Source: the human T2T-CHM13v2.0 reference genome, Homo sapiens. From it: DNA of 64,000 nucleotides. Position numbers and translations under genes: made by a program. Below, one piece after another: positions 14,442 to 32,026 of the stretch (the stretch's first letter is position 1; each line of letters opens with the position of its first letter). The stretch lies in the NCBI RefSeq assembly GCF_009914755.1, contig NC_060929.1; one strand, given 5' to 3'. The notes beneath the pieces are model-generated. The model saw nothing but the letters and a program-made list of their open reading frames with translations, searched no databases and was not told the origin of the DNA.

Positions 14442-15845
14442 GCATACAATTTTTAGGGGCTTAGAGATGGCTTGAGGCCCATTCAAAGACCACTCCATAG
14501 ACCCTGGTTAAGAAATCTTCCTTTGAATATTTTAGAGGACACAAAGCACCCCAAAGAGCCTTCAGTTTCAGCCTTCTTTCATTACAGATGGGGCACTAAA
14601 TCCAGGGGAGACACTTACCTAAGATCACACATAAAATGCATGCCCGAAGCCTGTGTCCTACTTCTGCTTTGCTTCTCACTAAACCACCAGCACTTGGGGC
14701 GTATAGAAATTTAACTCTAAAGCATTACTAGAGAAAACATTTTCTCTAATGAAAAAAATGCTGTCCTTTCCTGAGGAAAATGCATGCCTCTCTGTTCCCT
14801 TTTGGGCAGACTGGGAATCCTGGAAGACATAACTCATCCCAGTGCCCCCCTTCCCTTGGAGTCCTTGGAGTCCCTTTCCCTAAGGAAGTCCACTTGACAG
14901 CCAGTTCACGGAGCCAGTGGCGGCGAAGAAAGGTAGTGGATTTGTCTGAAGAAGAACTGACACCCTGACAGGCTGGACACTAGTCTTGGGTGGATTACGG
15001 AAGGGGACCCTGGAATTCTCTCCCTCTTCCCTTCCCCCTTTCCCCCTTCTGAGAATATCTCCCCCAGCACACTCCACCTCCCATTACACCCATGTCTTGG
15101 TTGACGATATCTGATGTCTGGGTTTTCAGATCTAGATAAACTAAGGGCTACTGCCTGTGTTTACCATCCCAAGGAACTCAGGACAGGAACAACACCTAAC
15201 CCAAGACTGAGGTTGTGATGGTGCCATTTCAGGCAGAATGGTGCTGAAATTTGTGTATTGGGGGGACGGAAGGTGGTGTTTGGGAGTGAGGAGAATTAGA
15301 GGAAAACAGAAGGCTTCCCAGAGGTGTGGATTAATGGTGAAGCCTCCCCCTTTGCCTTTCAGAGATCAACTGATTGTTCGTGCAAAGTCCCTTTTGGAAA
15401 ACAGAACCCCTGACCGAGATCTGGAGGACAGACTCCGGTTGCTGGCCAGGTCCCTGTGGCAGCTGTGATGGGATCAGATTCCCAGGAAAGGAGGAGGCTG
15501 CCACATTTGCAAAGGGAGCAAAGAGGACAGGCAGGCAGCCTCTGAAACCAGAGACAGACACAGAGAAAAACAGAGAGTGAGAAAATGCTCCCCCGAAGAC
15601 ATAGTGAGATTATTTTCTGTAAACCTGTAAGGGAAGACAAAGTTACACAGTGAGTCCACCTTCTGAAAAGCAACAGGCAGACAGGACCGAGGGCCATGCT
15701 CTTAAGGGGAGCCGTGATGGAGCCGGGAGGAGAGGCGCATCCTCAGCAGAGCTTCCCTCCCTTGCACACGAGCTGACGGCGTGAACGGGGGTGTCGGGGT
15801 TGGTGCAACTATAGAAGGGAAAGGCTGGGCGGGGGTCACACATAC

Positions 15846-15937
15846 CTCAGTGGCAGGCAGGCAGGCGGCAGGCAGAGCGCGCTCTCCGGGCAGTCTGAAG
15901 GACCGCGGGAATGTGGAGGGGTTTAGAGACAGGCAAC
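15846..15937 (-). other. SPARC: SPARC non-coding exon 1 (5' UTR); 5' end approximate
   Basis: Minus strand ...CCGGAGAGCGCGCTCTGCCTGCCGCCTGCCTGCCTGCCACTGAG|gtatgt matches the SPARC mRNA leader as I recall it; CCTG repeats and local CpG enrichment. Confidence 0.93.
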
Positions 15938-16085
15938 AGGAAACCACTCAGAGCTCTGGGCTGGGTCTATCTCCCCTCCACCCCGTGGTCCCTCCTCCTC
16001 CTGTCTCCTCCTTCCCCCGGCCTCCTCCTTCTCCCATAGCCAAAGCTGTCTCTGTCTTTCATTTCTTTCCTCCTCTTTTTGCGGT
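15938..16085 (-). promoter_or_regulatory. SPARC: SPARC TATA-less promoter with purine-rich GGA boxes
   Basis: Plus strand cctcctcctcctgtctcctccttcccccggcctcctcctt equals GGA repeats on the sense strand directly upstream of exon 1; no TATA box; consistent with the described GGA-box promoter. Confidence 0.88.
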
Positions 16086-16857
16086 GGGCTGTCCTGACCA
16101 AACGTCCCAACCCTGCCTGCCTCATCTGTTCCGGGGCTGCTGCCTAAACCGACTCACAGAGTGCCAGGGCTGGACAGGCCTGGAGGGATGACCCAGAACA
16201 GCCTCTTTCTTGTTCAGAGGGCAAGTGAGGCCTGGAGACTGCAAGGAATTACCCAATGGCCCCCAGGGGCAGAACCAGGCCCAAGTGTCTTGATCTTCTA
16301 ACCAGTGAGCTTTACAGGAGTCCTCCCTAATATTAGGCAATGCTGAGAAGGGCCAAGCAATTCAAGGGGGTTGTATTTGCCACAAAGGCAAGGCCAGGAC
16401 TTACCACTGTACAGACAAGACAAGCTGCTACTAGTGGTATCATCCTTGATGATTTGGAACTGGTCTTAAAAAAAAAAATCCCACTCAAACTCCACTTGTA
16501 CCACTAATAGACACATAAGGGATTAGACATCTAGCTGGTGGACCTGTGCCACCAGTATTGAACAGATAAGGTAATTGATGATATTGATGATAATCATAGG
16601 AGTAACAATAGCCAAAGTTTACTGAGGATTTAATAATCTTCACAGCAACCCCTTATCTTAGGCATTGTAATTATGACCATTTTAATAATAAGGAAACATA
16701 GATGCTAAGTAACTTGCCTATGATCACCTGGCAAAAAGTGGTATGAGAGGGCTGATTCTACGTTTCAACTTGGGTCACTCCTGTTATATATGAACTGCTC
16801 AGTGCAACAGGTCTTGGTTGAATGTTTATTTTGTGCCTAACACTCTGGGAGGTATGA

Positions 16858-17226
<369 letters not shown>

Positions 17227-17264
17227 TAGCTTTGTGGTTTCTTAAATTCTTTTTTAATTTTTTT

Positions 17265-17355
17265 AGACGAGTTAAGTGCAGAACTGAGAAGGGAAAAAAA
17301 GTACAAGGAATTCAATCTGTGACTGTGAACAATCAATCGAGATAACTCACTATTC
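17265..17355 (-). pseudogene. Y1 (RNY1-derived) Y RNA retropseudogene
   Basis: Reverse complement reads TAGTGAGTTATCTCGATTGATTGTTCACAGTCACAGATTGAATTCCTTGT..CCCTTCTCAGTTCTGCACTTAACTCGTCT plus A tail, colinear with Y1; 5' ~10 nt degenerate. Confidence 0.9.
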
Positions 17356-17519
17356 AAGGAGCTTTGGATCTTGCTGAAAGGTTGTGCCTTACACATACAC
17401 CCACTTACATGAGTGGTACAGACTCTAAGGCTTATCCCAGGGCTTCAGATTGGTGGATTCCTGAAAGAGGTGGACCTGGAAGCATGGGTTGGGTTTGAAT
17501 ACCATGGAAAGGAAGAAGG

Positions 17520-18278
17520 CAGAGAACACCCTCATGATACACTTCCATCCGCTGTGGCCCCTGTCTCTCTTGCCATTCTCTCCTCCTACCACTGTCCTCT
17601 GTGCCCACGCTGCTCCAGCCATGCCAACTTCCTTCCAGTCCTTCAACTACCCCAAAGCTTCTCCCACCCCAGGATTTTTTTTTTTTTTTTGAGACAGACT
17701 CTCACTTTGTTGCCCAGGCTGGAGGGCTGTGGCGCAATCTCAACTCACTGCAACCTCCACCTCCTGGGTTCAAGTGATTCTGCTGCCTCAGCCTCTCAAG
17801 AAGCTGGGATTACAGGCATGCACCACCACACCAGGCTAATTTTTGTATTTTTAGTAGAGACAGGGTTTCACCATGTTGGCCAGACTGGTCTCGAACTCCT
17901 GACCACAAGTGATCCGCCCGCCTTGGCCTCTCTAAGTGTTGGGATTACAAGTCTGAGCCACCATGCCCAGTATCTTTGCATTTGCTCTTACCTCTGCCAG
18001 AGACACTCTTCCACCTGATTTTCCTGTGCCTATTCTAATGTCACCTCCTTAGGGCCACTCAATCTACTTGCCTCTCTCACAGGCACAGTTCATCGCCTTA
18101 CACTGTTTTATTTCCTCCCCATCACCTGTCATTCTCAGAAACCATTTGTTTCCCCAACTAGACAGAAGCTTGGTGAGAGCAGGGACTTCACATGTCTGTT
18201 TACTGCTTTGTTCCCAGCATGTTGACCAGTGCCCCACACAAAGCTGGCTTGCAATATTTTATTCAATAAATATATGAA
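17520..18278 (+). mobile_element. L2 3' fragment interrupted by an Alu
   Basis: ccccaactagacagaagctt..gagagcagggac..cccagc..aataaatat resembles the L2 3' end. Confidence 0.6.
17675..17970 (-). mobile_element. Alu
   Basis: Dimer with T tract. Confidence 0.95.
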
Positions 18279-18494
18279 CTTCCGACTTGCCCATCTGAAA
18301 AAAGAGAGGGTTGTCTTTTACTAGGGTTCCAGCCTGGAACACTGCCCCACACCCAAGAGACCCTCAAACCACTAAAGTGGAATATAAAAGTTAGGGTGTT
18401 TGGTCCTTTTGAGAACCTAAAGGAAGCAATGAACTTTCTCTGCAGAAAAATCCACAAACACCCAAGAAGGAGTCTTCTCCAAATGACCCCCAAG

Positions 18495-18942
<448 letters not shown>

Positions 18943-19365
18943 GACCCCCCAAGGCCTCTCACCCTGGTTCAAAAGCCAAGTGCTTTTGGCTGCTGAATAC
19001 AGGGTGCTGGTGGACTCTCCACATATCTGTTTTGCCATCCGGACAGATGTATATTTTTATAGGATTGGTTGCTATAGCTCCCAGGCATTATGGGACTAAA
19101 ATTAGCAGAAGCTTTGTATTTTTATTCATAAACTAAAATGATGATTCTGATGAGGATGAACCAGTGGAACTCTTCCCAGTTTTTGGCTGGTGTTCCCATG
19201 TGGCTTTCAGTTCAGGAAGTGGAAGTCTGGTTGGGGCTGGGCTGAAGCTCTGGAAGAGAGATCCCTCCTGAGGGCCACTTCCAGGTCTCTGTGGGGACAC
19301 CCTGAGCCAGAATCACTCCCAGAAAGAAAACTTGGTAGGTTTTATATCTAAGGATAAGAGCACAT

Positions 19366-19779
<414 letters not shown>

Positions 19780-19897
19780 TTATAGGAAGGGAGAGAAGCA
19801 CAACGCAGCCAGGTGTGATAGACCTGGGTGTGAGTCCCACTCTGCTATTGAGTCACTGAGTGACTTTGGGCCCATCCCTGCCCCTCTGAACTACACC

Positions 19898-20045
19898 TTT
19901 TCTTTCTTTCTTTTTAATTGTGTTAATAGAGGCAAGGTCTTGCTAGGTTGCCCAGGCTGGTCTTGAACTCCTGGCCTCAAGCAATCCTCCTGCCTTGGCC
20001 TCCCAATGTGCTAGTATTACAAGCATGAGCCATTGTACCTGACCC
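19898..20045 (-). mobile_element. FLAM / left Alu monomer
   Basis: Monomer; TSD ctacaccttttc. Confidence 0.85.
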
Positions 20046-20089
20046 TACACCTTTTCATTTATAAAATAGGTTGGACAGCAGAATAGTAG

Positions 20090-20330
20090 TAATAAGAGCC
20101 AGCATTTATTAAACACCTACTATGTGCCAAGCACCTGCTAAGCTCTTTGCATATATTGTCTGACTTAACTCTTATAAATCTGGAACTGTTATTATTCCCA
20201 TTTTATAAATGTGGAAAATGAAGTTCATATCAATAATTTGCTCAAGCTTATGCACCAAGTATATGGTAAATCAGAGATTCAAATCCAGGTTTAAGGGACA
20301 CCAGAGCCCAAGTGCTTGACTACTGCACGC
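20090..20330 (-). mobile_element. MIR
   Basis: attattccca ttttata..ggaaaatgaag..gattcaaatccagg..ccagagccc. Confidence 0.75.
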
Positions 20331-21854
20331 TACTTCCCCCTCAACTCCTCTCCAGCTCTGACATACGTGGACTTCAGACCATACACCCCTCTCCCGAGTC
20401 AAGAATGTTGCTGATCCAACATTAGGCTGAATCAGCTTTTCATCTTGTAAAGCAATCCATCAGTATATTGGGGTCCCTGCTGCCTGCCCACTGCCCTCTC
20501 CAACCACTCTCCAGCTATGCTCTTCTAGGCACTTCTCACTTTACCCTGATCCTGCCCTCCTGACCTAGCACCCCAGCCACAGCCTTAGAACTCAAGGGAC
20601 TGCCTGGGAAATGTCCACATGTGCCTGCCATCCAGGCTCCGTACACCCCCAGTACATCAGCTACCTCGTTCGTTCATTCAGTCTTTATTGTGCTTTGCAT
20701 CAGGCACTGGGGATATAGCAATAAATAGGACAGACAAGGCTCTGCCCTCTTGCACTTTACATTCCAATAGGTGAAGGCAGGCCGTGAGCTCATTTCAGGT
20801 TGTGATCAGTTCTATGGAAGAAACAAGGAAGATGAAATGAAAAAGCAATGGAGGATGACTTCAGATAGGGTCATTAGCATAGGCATCTTGGAGGAGGCAA
20901 GATGAGGAAGATGTTGAAGCATGAGTCAATGAGAAGGGCTGAGAGAAGAGTACTCAAGGAGAGGGGAGAACAAGCACCAAAACCCTGATGTGAGGAGAGC
21001 TTGGCTTTTTCAAGTAACTGAAAGTGTGGCTAGAATTACCTACTGGGGGAGATTTCCCATCTCCTCCCGTTCTTCCTCGTCCTTTTCTCCTCCATTTTCC
21101 TGTTGTTCATTCCTACCCTTTTTACACCCTTTTAGCCACTTCAACATACTTTCTTGTCCACTATCTCAGTGAATGCCACAGCAGTCCTGTGAAAGAGTTA
21201 GGGTAGGGATTAGAACCTATAGTGTAGATATGGAGAAACTGAGGCCTCTATCACTCAGGGAAGCTGGGGCTCAAAACCAGGTCTCCTGACTCCTGGCTAA
21301 AAACCAGATTCTTAACCACACCAAGAACCTGCTTGTCTTTCTGCTCACTGACTCCAGAGACTCTGTCACTAGCTCTGAGACCAGCCTATGGACCACCTGA
21401 TGAACCATCTCTGGGAGCTGGACTGGGGCCAGGTAAACTATTCCTACACAGGGACAGGAATACTTGCACAGGGAGCAAGAGGTCTGAACTCTGGAAATAG
21501 AGCAGGAAGGCTCTGTGGATTTGGCTTCTGGCAAGGAGGAAAGCAACCAAGCATAAAGTTAAACAAATAAAAGCCGGACAAAGAAACATCCCCTAAGGCC
21601 ATGCATTAAAAACAGCATCGGGATCTCAGCAGTTCAGATCTCCAGGTCATAACTCCTGAGTGAGCCTTTCGGGTTAAAAAAACTCAACAAAACTTACATA
21701 GGAGAACTTGAGGGCCCATGAGGGACCAGGTTTCATTGGAGCAATTGTCACTAAACTGAGAAGGCAGACAATCATATTCAATATTACAAAGCAGATGGTG
21801 GGCAAAACACTTTATGTCCATTATCTCATTTAACTCAACAACACTTATGCAGAA

Positions 21855-22650
<796 letters not shown>

Positions 22651-23440
22651 AGATGGGTACAATTACCATTCTCATTTTAAAGATGAGTAAAGAAAAGTTC
22701 TGAGAACTAAATCACTTGGTCAAGGTCCCACAGTGGAGAAGCCAGGAACACACACAGGTAGCTCCACTCCAGAGCCCTCTCTCCATGACTTCCCCAGGTA
22801 CTCAACTGCCCATTCTGCCCTTCTGGCCATGGCTGCCTCCCTGCCCCCACTGGCCCCAAACCCAAACCCATTCATCCTTCAAGCTCAGATTGGATCGCTT
22901 CTATTTTTTCAAAGCTTAGAACTGACAGGGCCCTTTAGCCCTATTCAATCCCAGATTTTCCATGTGTGGCTGGGAAAATTGAGGTTTAAAGAGCCCAAGG
23001 TTACAGTGTGGACAGCTAGGCCTGGGGCCTCTCTCTCCCAGGCTGAAGCCAGCTCTGGCCTGATCCAAATCTCCGGAGGGAGGGACTGGGCAGGCTGACC
23101 TCTTTGGGATGGGGATTATGTATCAGAACTCTCAAATATACCCTTTGTGTGGCTGGCTGAATGTCAAGGCTGCCAAGCTAAGAAGGTTCAAGCACATTGG
23201 AGGCTGACTCAGCCTGTTGCCTTGTTACTGTATCTTTCCCCAGGCAGGCCTTCCCATTGTCTGAAGGGCACAAAGAACCCATTGTCATCTGGCCCTGGGT
23301 CCCCGAAGCAGAGCATCCACCAACCAGGCCAAGGCCAAACAGAGGAAGATGAAATTTAACCTCAGCACCCTCCCCACTTGCAACACACCCACTGAGCAGT
23401 TGAAGGTTTCTCCTTTAGCTCTTTGTAGCTCACAAAGGAC

Positions 23441-23741
23441 TTTTTTTTTTTTTTTTTCTGAGACGGAGTCTCGTTCTGTCACCCAGGCTGGAGCATAGTC
23501 GCACAATCTTGGCTCACTGCATCCTCCACCTCCTGGGTTCAAGCAATTCTCCTGCCTCAGCCTCCTGAGTAGCTAGGATTACAGGCGTGTGCCACCAGGC
23601 CTGGCTAATTTTTTGTATTTTTTAGTAGAGGCAGGGTTTCACCAAGTTGGCCAGGCTAGTCTTGAACTCCTAACCTAGTGATCTGCCCACCTCAGCCTCC
23701 CAAAGTACTGGGATTACAGGCGTGAGCTACCGTGTCTGGCC
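23441..23741 (-). mobile_element. Alu
   Basis: Dimer; TSD cacaaaggactttt. Confidence 0.95.
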
Positions 23742-24078
23742 CACAAAGGACTTTTATCACCCTAATCTTATTGAGTGGCACATTTAGTCTACAAAGTAGA
23801 AAGGTCAGGATTCACTAAGCCCATTTTGGGCTTGGGCGGGCAGACAGACAGACTTGCCCAAAGTCACACAGTTGGCCCATGGTGGGGCTGAAATGAAAGC
23901 TCCCAAACTCTTAACAGTCAAGACTCTTTCCACTGCACCCACTGCCTCCACCCAGGGTCCCAGTAAGAGTTTACCAAGGCACCGCCTTCTCACAGAGGCT
24001 CCCTCTCCACTGAGGTGACAAATGTTAATAATGCGTTGGCTGCACCTTTTCATGTTGACATGTTGACACAAACCCACT

Positions 24079-24431
24079 GGTCTTAGTCTGTTTTTGTGTT
24101 GTTATAACAGAATACCTGGAACTGGGTGATTTATAATAAACAGAAATTTAATGGCTCATGATTCTGGAGCTGGGAAGTCCAAGATTGAGGACTAGCATCT
24201 GGCAAAGGTCTTCATGCTGTATCATGCCATGGTAGAAGGGCAAAGAGAGGGAGAGAAAGAGAGCAAGAGATAGAACTTGCAACCTCAAACCCTAATTGAT
24301 GTTAATCAACTCGTAAGGGCAGAGCCCTCATGACCTAAGCATCTCCCGATAGGCCCCACCTCCCAACACTGCTGCATTGAGGATTAAGTTTTCAACACAT
24401 GCTTTTAGGGGTACATGTTCCAACCATAGCA
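24079..24431 (-). mobile_element. MST/MLT1A-type MaLR LTR
   Basis: tcttagtctgttt..ataacagaatacctg..gggaagtccaagat..caaccatagca. Confidence 0.85.
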
Positions 24432-26244
24432 TCACCCGAGGAGAAAGAAGCACTCATTTGAGTTCTGATTTGGGTTCTTCCCTTAGTAGGACCTGTGCCC
24501 TGAGGCCCTGCTTATACTCTGACCTTAAGCAGCTCACTTTTCCTTTCCAAACCTGAGTGTTCTTATCTGTAAAATGAGCATGATTAAAATATTTCACTCT
24601 CCTGGGTACAAAGTCAGTGTAAGATTCAAGTGAACATAGATTTTAGGGAGTCAGCAAATATAAGAGGATGTTTAGGAGGCCTAGTTTTTGAGTCAGAACT
24701 CTGGGCTTGGGTCCTGGGTCAAAGTTATTTAACTCTAGAAGACTTGAGGCATGTTATCAACCTCCAGCCTCAGCTTCCTCAAGTGTAAAGTTCTTGTGAG
24801 GTGCTTGTGAGGATTAAATGAGATCATATATGTAACGCATTTGGCCCACTGCTACATGAATGAAGCACTTCATAAATGTCAGCTATCTTATAAGTAGATT
24901 ATCTAATTCAACATTTTCCAAAGTGTGTTTCACAAAATATTAGTCCTATAACATATTCCAGAAAGATAGGGGGACCCTGGGTTCAAGCACGTTTGTGAAA
25001 TGCAGCACTCACTACCTTCCTCGTGGATATTCCTGAGGCACCTTGAAACCTTAAAAGCTCTGAAAATGTCTGCTGAAAAGAAACCTGTTGAACTCTGTTA
25101 AAGCTATCACAGAGTCCTCTTTTTCATGAATTTTTAATGCATTCCACAGAACTTCGTTTCCTAACAAACTCCTTGGGGGAATGTTTATTTGCTCCAACAC
25201 CCTCGTTTGAAGAAGAAACTGAGGTTCAGAAAGGTAAAGTGAGCTGGCCTGGGTCTCCCGGCCAATAAATAGCAGAGCTGGGGCTTGACTCAAGCTAACT
25301 AACTCTTCGACCTACTGCTCTTTTTATTAAACCACACTGAGAAAACACCTTCGGCTCTTGATGTGGCCAATCACTCTCCAAAGGTTAAAGATTTGTACTA
25401 TTGGTTTCACAGCCCTTCAGCCTTTTTCCAGGGCTCTGTATCCATAACTTTGACGGTGCAGGGCTCCCTGCTGCTCTGGGGAGGGTCGGAGGAGCTCGGC
25501 ACCAGATTGGCTCAGTCTGCCCCAACCCCCGGGTCTGTAATATTGCCGCTGCTGGTCCAGGTCCAGGGAACACTCACACGCAGGCATCAATTTTCTTCTG
25601 AAACCCCACCCACACGCCTGGAAATCTTCTCTGAAGGAGGGGAAAAGCCCAATAACCCAGACCCGACAACGTGGCAGCTCTTACACATTCCTTGACGTGG
25701 CCCACAAACCAAACGTTTCTTCAATTTAGCTGCAGTGAGGCCAGGAATAATGACGGCCCCGCCAGCCCAGAGACGTGGCAGCCTATGCTGCATGACTCAG
25801 TCAGCCTGAGAGGTAGCCTGAACGCTCCGTCCTCTGGGGTCTCTGGGCTGGGGCAGATGGCTGACGAGGAAGGGCGATCTGGACTAAGCAGCTCAGCCCC
25901 ATCCCCTTCCCCCACCCGTCTCTTCTTCTCCACTGCCTGAGACAAGGCAGCCCTCACTGTCATCTGAGGCTGATCCAGCACTGCGGCTTCATGTCATCTC
26001 TCCCACTCCTGGCTCCTGTACCTTTCCTCAGACAGGAGCTTCTTGTCATGATTCTTCGAGATTTCCCATGTCAGTTTCCAACTGCATTCTGTGGAGCTCT
26101 GGGAGTTTCATGCAGCAGTCTTAAGAGGACAGAAAGAAGGCCAAGGAGGCGGATCTTCAGACCCCTCGTCCGTCCTTGCTTCAACCACGACAGAACTGCC
26201 TTTGTCTGTTTGAAATATTGGGCTTTTGTCTAAAATTTCATTTC

Positions 26245-26364
26245 TTTTTTATTTTTATTTGTACTTTGTTTTTATTTTTTAATTTTTAATAAAATTTTAA
26301 TTTACGTTTCAGAGAAACTTCTCTAGTAACGAACTATACAAATAATCCCTGAAAGTATAGTCTT
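26245..26364 (-). pseudogene. 3'-truncated U3 snoRNA retropseudogene (nt ~1-60) with A-rich tail
   Basis: Reverse complement AAGACTATACTTTCAGGGATTATTTGTATAGTTCGTTACTAGAGAAGTTTCTCTGAAACGT; TSD taaaatttcatttc (26231-26244) / taagatttcatttc (26366-26379). Confidence 0.93.
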
Positions 26365-26712
26365 GTAAGATTTCATTTCCAAAGGCGGTTTCGTTAATTA
26401 AAAAAAAAAAGTTTGGAATGCACTCATTTATTTTCAGCCCACTGGCTCTCCAGGTGAAGAAAAATGAACCCTGGAGAGAGGGGGTGATCTATCCAAAGAC
26501 CCAGAGCATCGCAAGCTCTCCAGGGCTCTGTGGGAAGGGGGAGAGTTCCAAGATCCAAGCAGAAGCCACGGAAGACTCGAGCCTGCTTGCTGGAAGCTTT
26601 CAGTTTGGTCACTCTGGGCAGGCAGGCAGCTGGCAGTCCCTATGTCCACCCCGAAGCTGGAGGAAGAGACTCCATCTATTAGCCCAGCATCTCCCCGAAA
26701 GGAAAAACCAGA

Positions 26713-27763
<1,051 letters not shown>

Positions 27764-28679
27764 TGAGGCTATTGGGTTAAGTTATAGTTTCCAGGCAGTG
27801 GGTGATGAGAACCAAGATGATGGGGTTCAGATCCTCCTGAGAACCCCTTAGAGGCAGCTGTTGTTTTGCTATGTTAATTGTAAACGAGGATTCTGCAGCT
27901 AATAAAATGCTTGAAACTCACGAGGCCATGTAACTTAAAGGCCTTTTGACCATTAAATTCAGTGTTTTCCTCCTCTTTCTGTCTCCTGCTTCTCTCCCTC
28001 CCCTGAATTCCTTACTCAAATCCCTGAGTTTGCTGGCAGAGACTTCATGATTCTTCAGGGTTGCAGCCCTAAGTCTATCTTGCTATCTCTCTAGAGGCTG
28101 GACTCTGCCCTTTCACTTGCAGCATGGGAGAAGAATTGTTTCTTTCCTAAGATCATTAGGGAGACCCAAGGGTCAGGACAAATCATAGCCAGCCACCCCA
28201 TCTGGCCCAATGCTGAGCTCTCCAGCTCCCCCGTCTCCCACTGAACGGCTCGCTTCCCAGCCCCATCCCAAGTTAGGTTATTCTCCTGATTCAGACATTT
28301 TTGTGGTGTGAAATCATCTCCGCCCAGCCAGCCGAAGCTGGGAGCTCACTCCAGCCCACTGCAGCTTGCTGGCCCTCCCTTTCCCTGCCACGTCCCCACA
28401 CCCTCAGCTCCTCTTCTCCCAGCACTCAGAACTTCCATTTGATTTCCTTTCAATTCTGCAAAGAAACAAAGAGTGTCAAGGGCATGTTGGATTCAGCTCT
28501 GTCCTCTCCCTGTAGCTCCTGGTGCAGGTCCTGGCTCATGATCAACCCCTAAGGGAAAGTGATTAAAATAAGTTTGTTAAATCAAGACAGAGAAAGGAGA
28601 CAAAGGAAGACAGACAGAGTCAGACAGTGGAAGGGAGAGACAGACACTGAGAGTCTGCCATGATTAAGAGAGAGACAGA

Positions 28680-29407
<728 letters not shown>

Positions 29408-30159
29408 TCAGTGTTAGACTGGAACATGGTCTGACAAGTCCATCCAGGGATCATCTTCTCTAGGGGTTGTGCTACCTACTATTGATGAGGGCTCTGACTT
29501 TGAAGTTACATGTTAACTTGCAGGTTTCTGTCCATTAGAAACAAAACAAAAAAAAAGAACCCCAGAGGTGACAGTGCAAATGCCTTGCAGGGCGTTAACC
29601 GGTTTTGTATATTACCCAGCAGCCTTTTTCCAGCATTCTTTCAATGCAGTAGCTGTATAATCTCTTTTTGAATTCTCTTTGAACCAACTTTACCATGCTG
29701 CTTATTCCCTCATTAATGGGTTAAAAAAATCATTAACATGTGCTCATTTTTTATTCATTTTTATTCATTTTTTATGAGTCATGTTTTTAACTGTTAAAAA
29801 CTGTATTCTGATAAGAGAGGCAGAAATAGAATGAGACAGAGATGAAGAAAGAGACAGAGTGAGAGGCAGAGGCAGAGATAGAAAGGGAAAGAGACATAGG
29901 GACACTGAGAGAGGCCAGAGAAAGAGACACACAGAGAAACAGAAGAAACAAAGGTTAGAGGGACTGAGACCCAGTGAACCCATGCACAGAGTCAGAGAGA
30001 GAGAGAGAGACAGAAAGGCTAGCAGCAGAGATCAAGATCAGCCATGCATGCACAAAACACCAGAAGTAATGTTAGCCTCTGGGGAAGGGATACATTGGAG
30101 TGAAAATGGAGGTGAAGGGGAGGGACTTTTATATTTATTTATTTATACTTCTATCTTGA

Positions 30160-30665
<506 letters not shown>

Positions 30666-30963
30666 CCATTTTACATTTTTAAAATAGTCATAGAGGGAAA
30701 GGCAAAGAGAGACTGTGAAAGAAGCAAAACCACTAGAGAGAGAAAACATCAAGAAAGCAAGGACAGGTACACTGGCTGGCACCTGTAATCCAAGCGCTGT
30801 GGGAGTCAGTAAAATTCTTGAAAATTAACTGTAACATTATTTCTTAAACTTTCTAATTTTTGTAACTATTAAGGCTGATTTTTAAAATTATGGTAAAACA
30901 AATATAAAATTCCTATGGTGAGTTATTGATAATGGAAACATCATCACTGTGAAACAAATGTAG

Positions 30964-31381
<418 letters not shown>

Positions 31382-32026
31382 TCTCTGAGATCATTCTTAG
31401 CCCCTCAGGCTATATGACTGGCTTGTGAGGGCCAAGTGCAGCTTGGACTGAATCCAGGCCTGGGATATTTACACCTTAAGGTCATTTTCAGTTTCCAGCC
31501 CAGAGTTTTGGCCCCAAAGGCAGGCGGCATCCAGCTTCCCTCAGCCGCTCAGCTGGCCAAAAAATAAGAAAGCCACCTTGTGCTCATGGGAGGGCAGCCA
31601 CGGGAGTGGGTCTGGGTGGGGCCCGGTGCCGTGGGATGCCCGGGAGTATATAGATCCATTTCAGAGGCTCGCCAACCCCTTCACCCAAGGACTCTTCTGG
31701 GCCTCTCCTGTGCTTTCCAATTAAAAATATCATTCCGTAATGTTTCTCAGAGGCTCTCAAAGGGCCACGGGAAAGGCAGCCAGGGAAGGGGCAGGAGGGA
31801 GGGGAGGCCAATATCTAAAATAGAAGGAGTAGTGGTCCAGAGCAGGACTTCTGAGACTTCAGTCATCTGGTACCATCTTTACCTTTGTTGCCATATCCTC
31901 ATAACACCTACAGAATTACTTAATTTCAACTTTTTTTTAATCTAAATAAATTTAACTTAAAGAAAACCTTATATCATAACACTGAAAAAAGAGTATAATT
32001 TGCCAAGTGTGTCCACATATCCCCTC

